64,000 nucleotides of DNA, taken from contig CAWESZ010000003.1 in NCBI GenBank assembly GCA_963811865.1, forward strand, positions 359,779 to 423,778. Direction: 5' to 3'. Below are positions 63,567 through 64,000 of this stretch, piece by piece. The DNA comes from an uncultured delta proteobacterium. GTDB taxonomy: Bacteria > Desulfobacterota > Binatia > Binatales > Binataceae. A program made the translations under genes and the position numbers. The notes below the pieces were generated by a model. The model was not told the DNA's origin and ran no database searches. It was given only the letters and a program-made list of their open reading frames with translations. The stretch's first letter is position 1. Each line of letters starts with the position of its first letter.

Positions 63567-63652
63567 CGCACCCACGCCGCAAAAGGACTGCTGCCTTCGT
63601 ATTCGCGAAGGACCATTTGGGGCGATTTCGGCTTCGCACGCGCGCTGCTCAG

Positions 63653-64000
63653 ACGCGAGTCGGCGCGGCGGCTTTCCTGCCAATCAGCATCCACTCGGCG
63701 AGATTCAACCTGACGTTGCGGAGGCTTTCGTCGCCCGCGAGCCGGGTAAGCGTGCGATCCATCTCGGCGCGGACGGATTCCGGCGCCACCTTGAACCAGC
63801 GCACGCGCACCCATTCGTCGATATCCGACCATCCAACGGGACCAGATTCCAGGATTGGGACCTGAAGGGCAGCGCCGCGGCGTGCGCCCGCACGAAGTGC
63901 GCACGGCCACCGATACGCCCGCGCGCTTCCGCCAGCATCGCGAGGGTCAGGTCGGCGCCCGCGGTCCGCTTCGCCACGCCGATCGGCCTCTCCGAAGCAG
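63653..64000 (-). pseudogene. class I SAM-dependent methyltransferase, 3' part (gene continues beyond the window); one frameshift
   Basis: Minus-strand frames read ..VGV..DLTLAMLAEARGRIGG.AHFVRAHAAALPFRSQSWNLV (methyltransferase post-II/III region: ..adAe.LPF.d.SFDlV) and, in another frame, ..DIDEWVRVRWFKVAPESVRAEMDRTLTRLAGDESLRNVRLNLAEWMLIGRKAAAPTRV* ending ~63655. Confidence 0.35.

Noticed and set aside
62849-63683. Minus-strand ORFs (132 aa and 233 aa) across the VOC gene region
   Set aside because: Antisense or overlapping the well-formed VOC gene with RBS. No recognisable domains.

Overview
High-GC (~65%) bacterial chromosomal window that spans the replication origin. No rRNA, tRNA, CRISPR array or transposase/IS element was recognised. 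Hand-derived sub-coordinates are accurate to about +/-2 nt.

(1) 0-21.9 kb: accessory surface-glycoconjugate / protein-sorting island.
- Plus-strand operon: TetR, acyltransferase-3, GT39/PMT-like GT-C glycosyltransferase, CBM-like membrane-anchored protein, HprK-related kinase.
- Tightly packed minus-strand operon: GT1, sulfotransferase, GT2, deacetylase-like protein.
- Divergent nucleotidyltransferase gene.
- Exosortase E (XrtE, exosortase-CPBP fusion) with an adjacent VPEID-CTERM mini-cargo. Its predicted mature part is only a 17-aa Trp-cluster peptide.
- JmjC/cupin oxygenase.
- Secreted S53 sedolisin peptidase with a Pro/Thr linker and a novel Cys-containing C-terminal domain. A standalone secreted paralog of that domain lies just upstream.
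- DsbA-family oxidoreductase and a tandem GNAT.

(2) 21.9-25.2 kb: dnaN, dnaA and an oriC with two strong DnaA boxes and an AT-rich unwinding element.

(3) 25.2-64 kb: origin-proximal housekeeping genes.
- hemL, an F0-only atpR-atpI-atpB-atpE operon, NhaP antiporter, Smr-domain protein, AsmA, adenylate cyclase-TPR, ribE, Rrf2 regulator, argA-like N-acetyltransferase.
- Three GT-C ArnT/PMT-like glycosyltransferases in the window overall.
- parB-parA-rsmG-mnmG-mnmE on the minus strand, divergent from rpmH-rnpA-yidD-yidC-jag.
- A choice-of-anchor-Q beta-helix surface protein, HCCA isomerase, ferredoxin, CoA-transferase, fumC, MCC carboxyltransferase beta, mutS2, a VOC protein and a partial methyltransferase.

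A striking property of the 16.8-64 kb part is the number of conserved genes interrupted by single-base indels, mostly in homopolymers (about 40 events). atpB, atpE and hemL are affected, while the first 16.8 kb and several long genes (mnmG, mnmE, yidC, fumC) are intact. This most likely reflects unevenly polished assembly errors rather than biology. Every 'pseudogene' call below is therefore formal.
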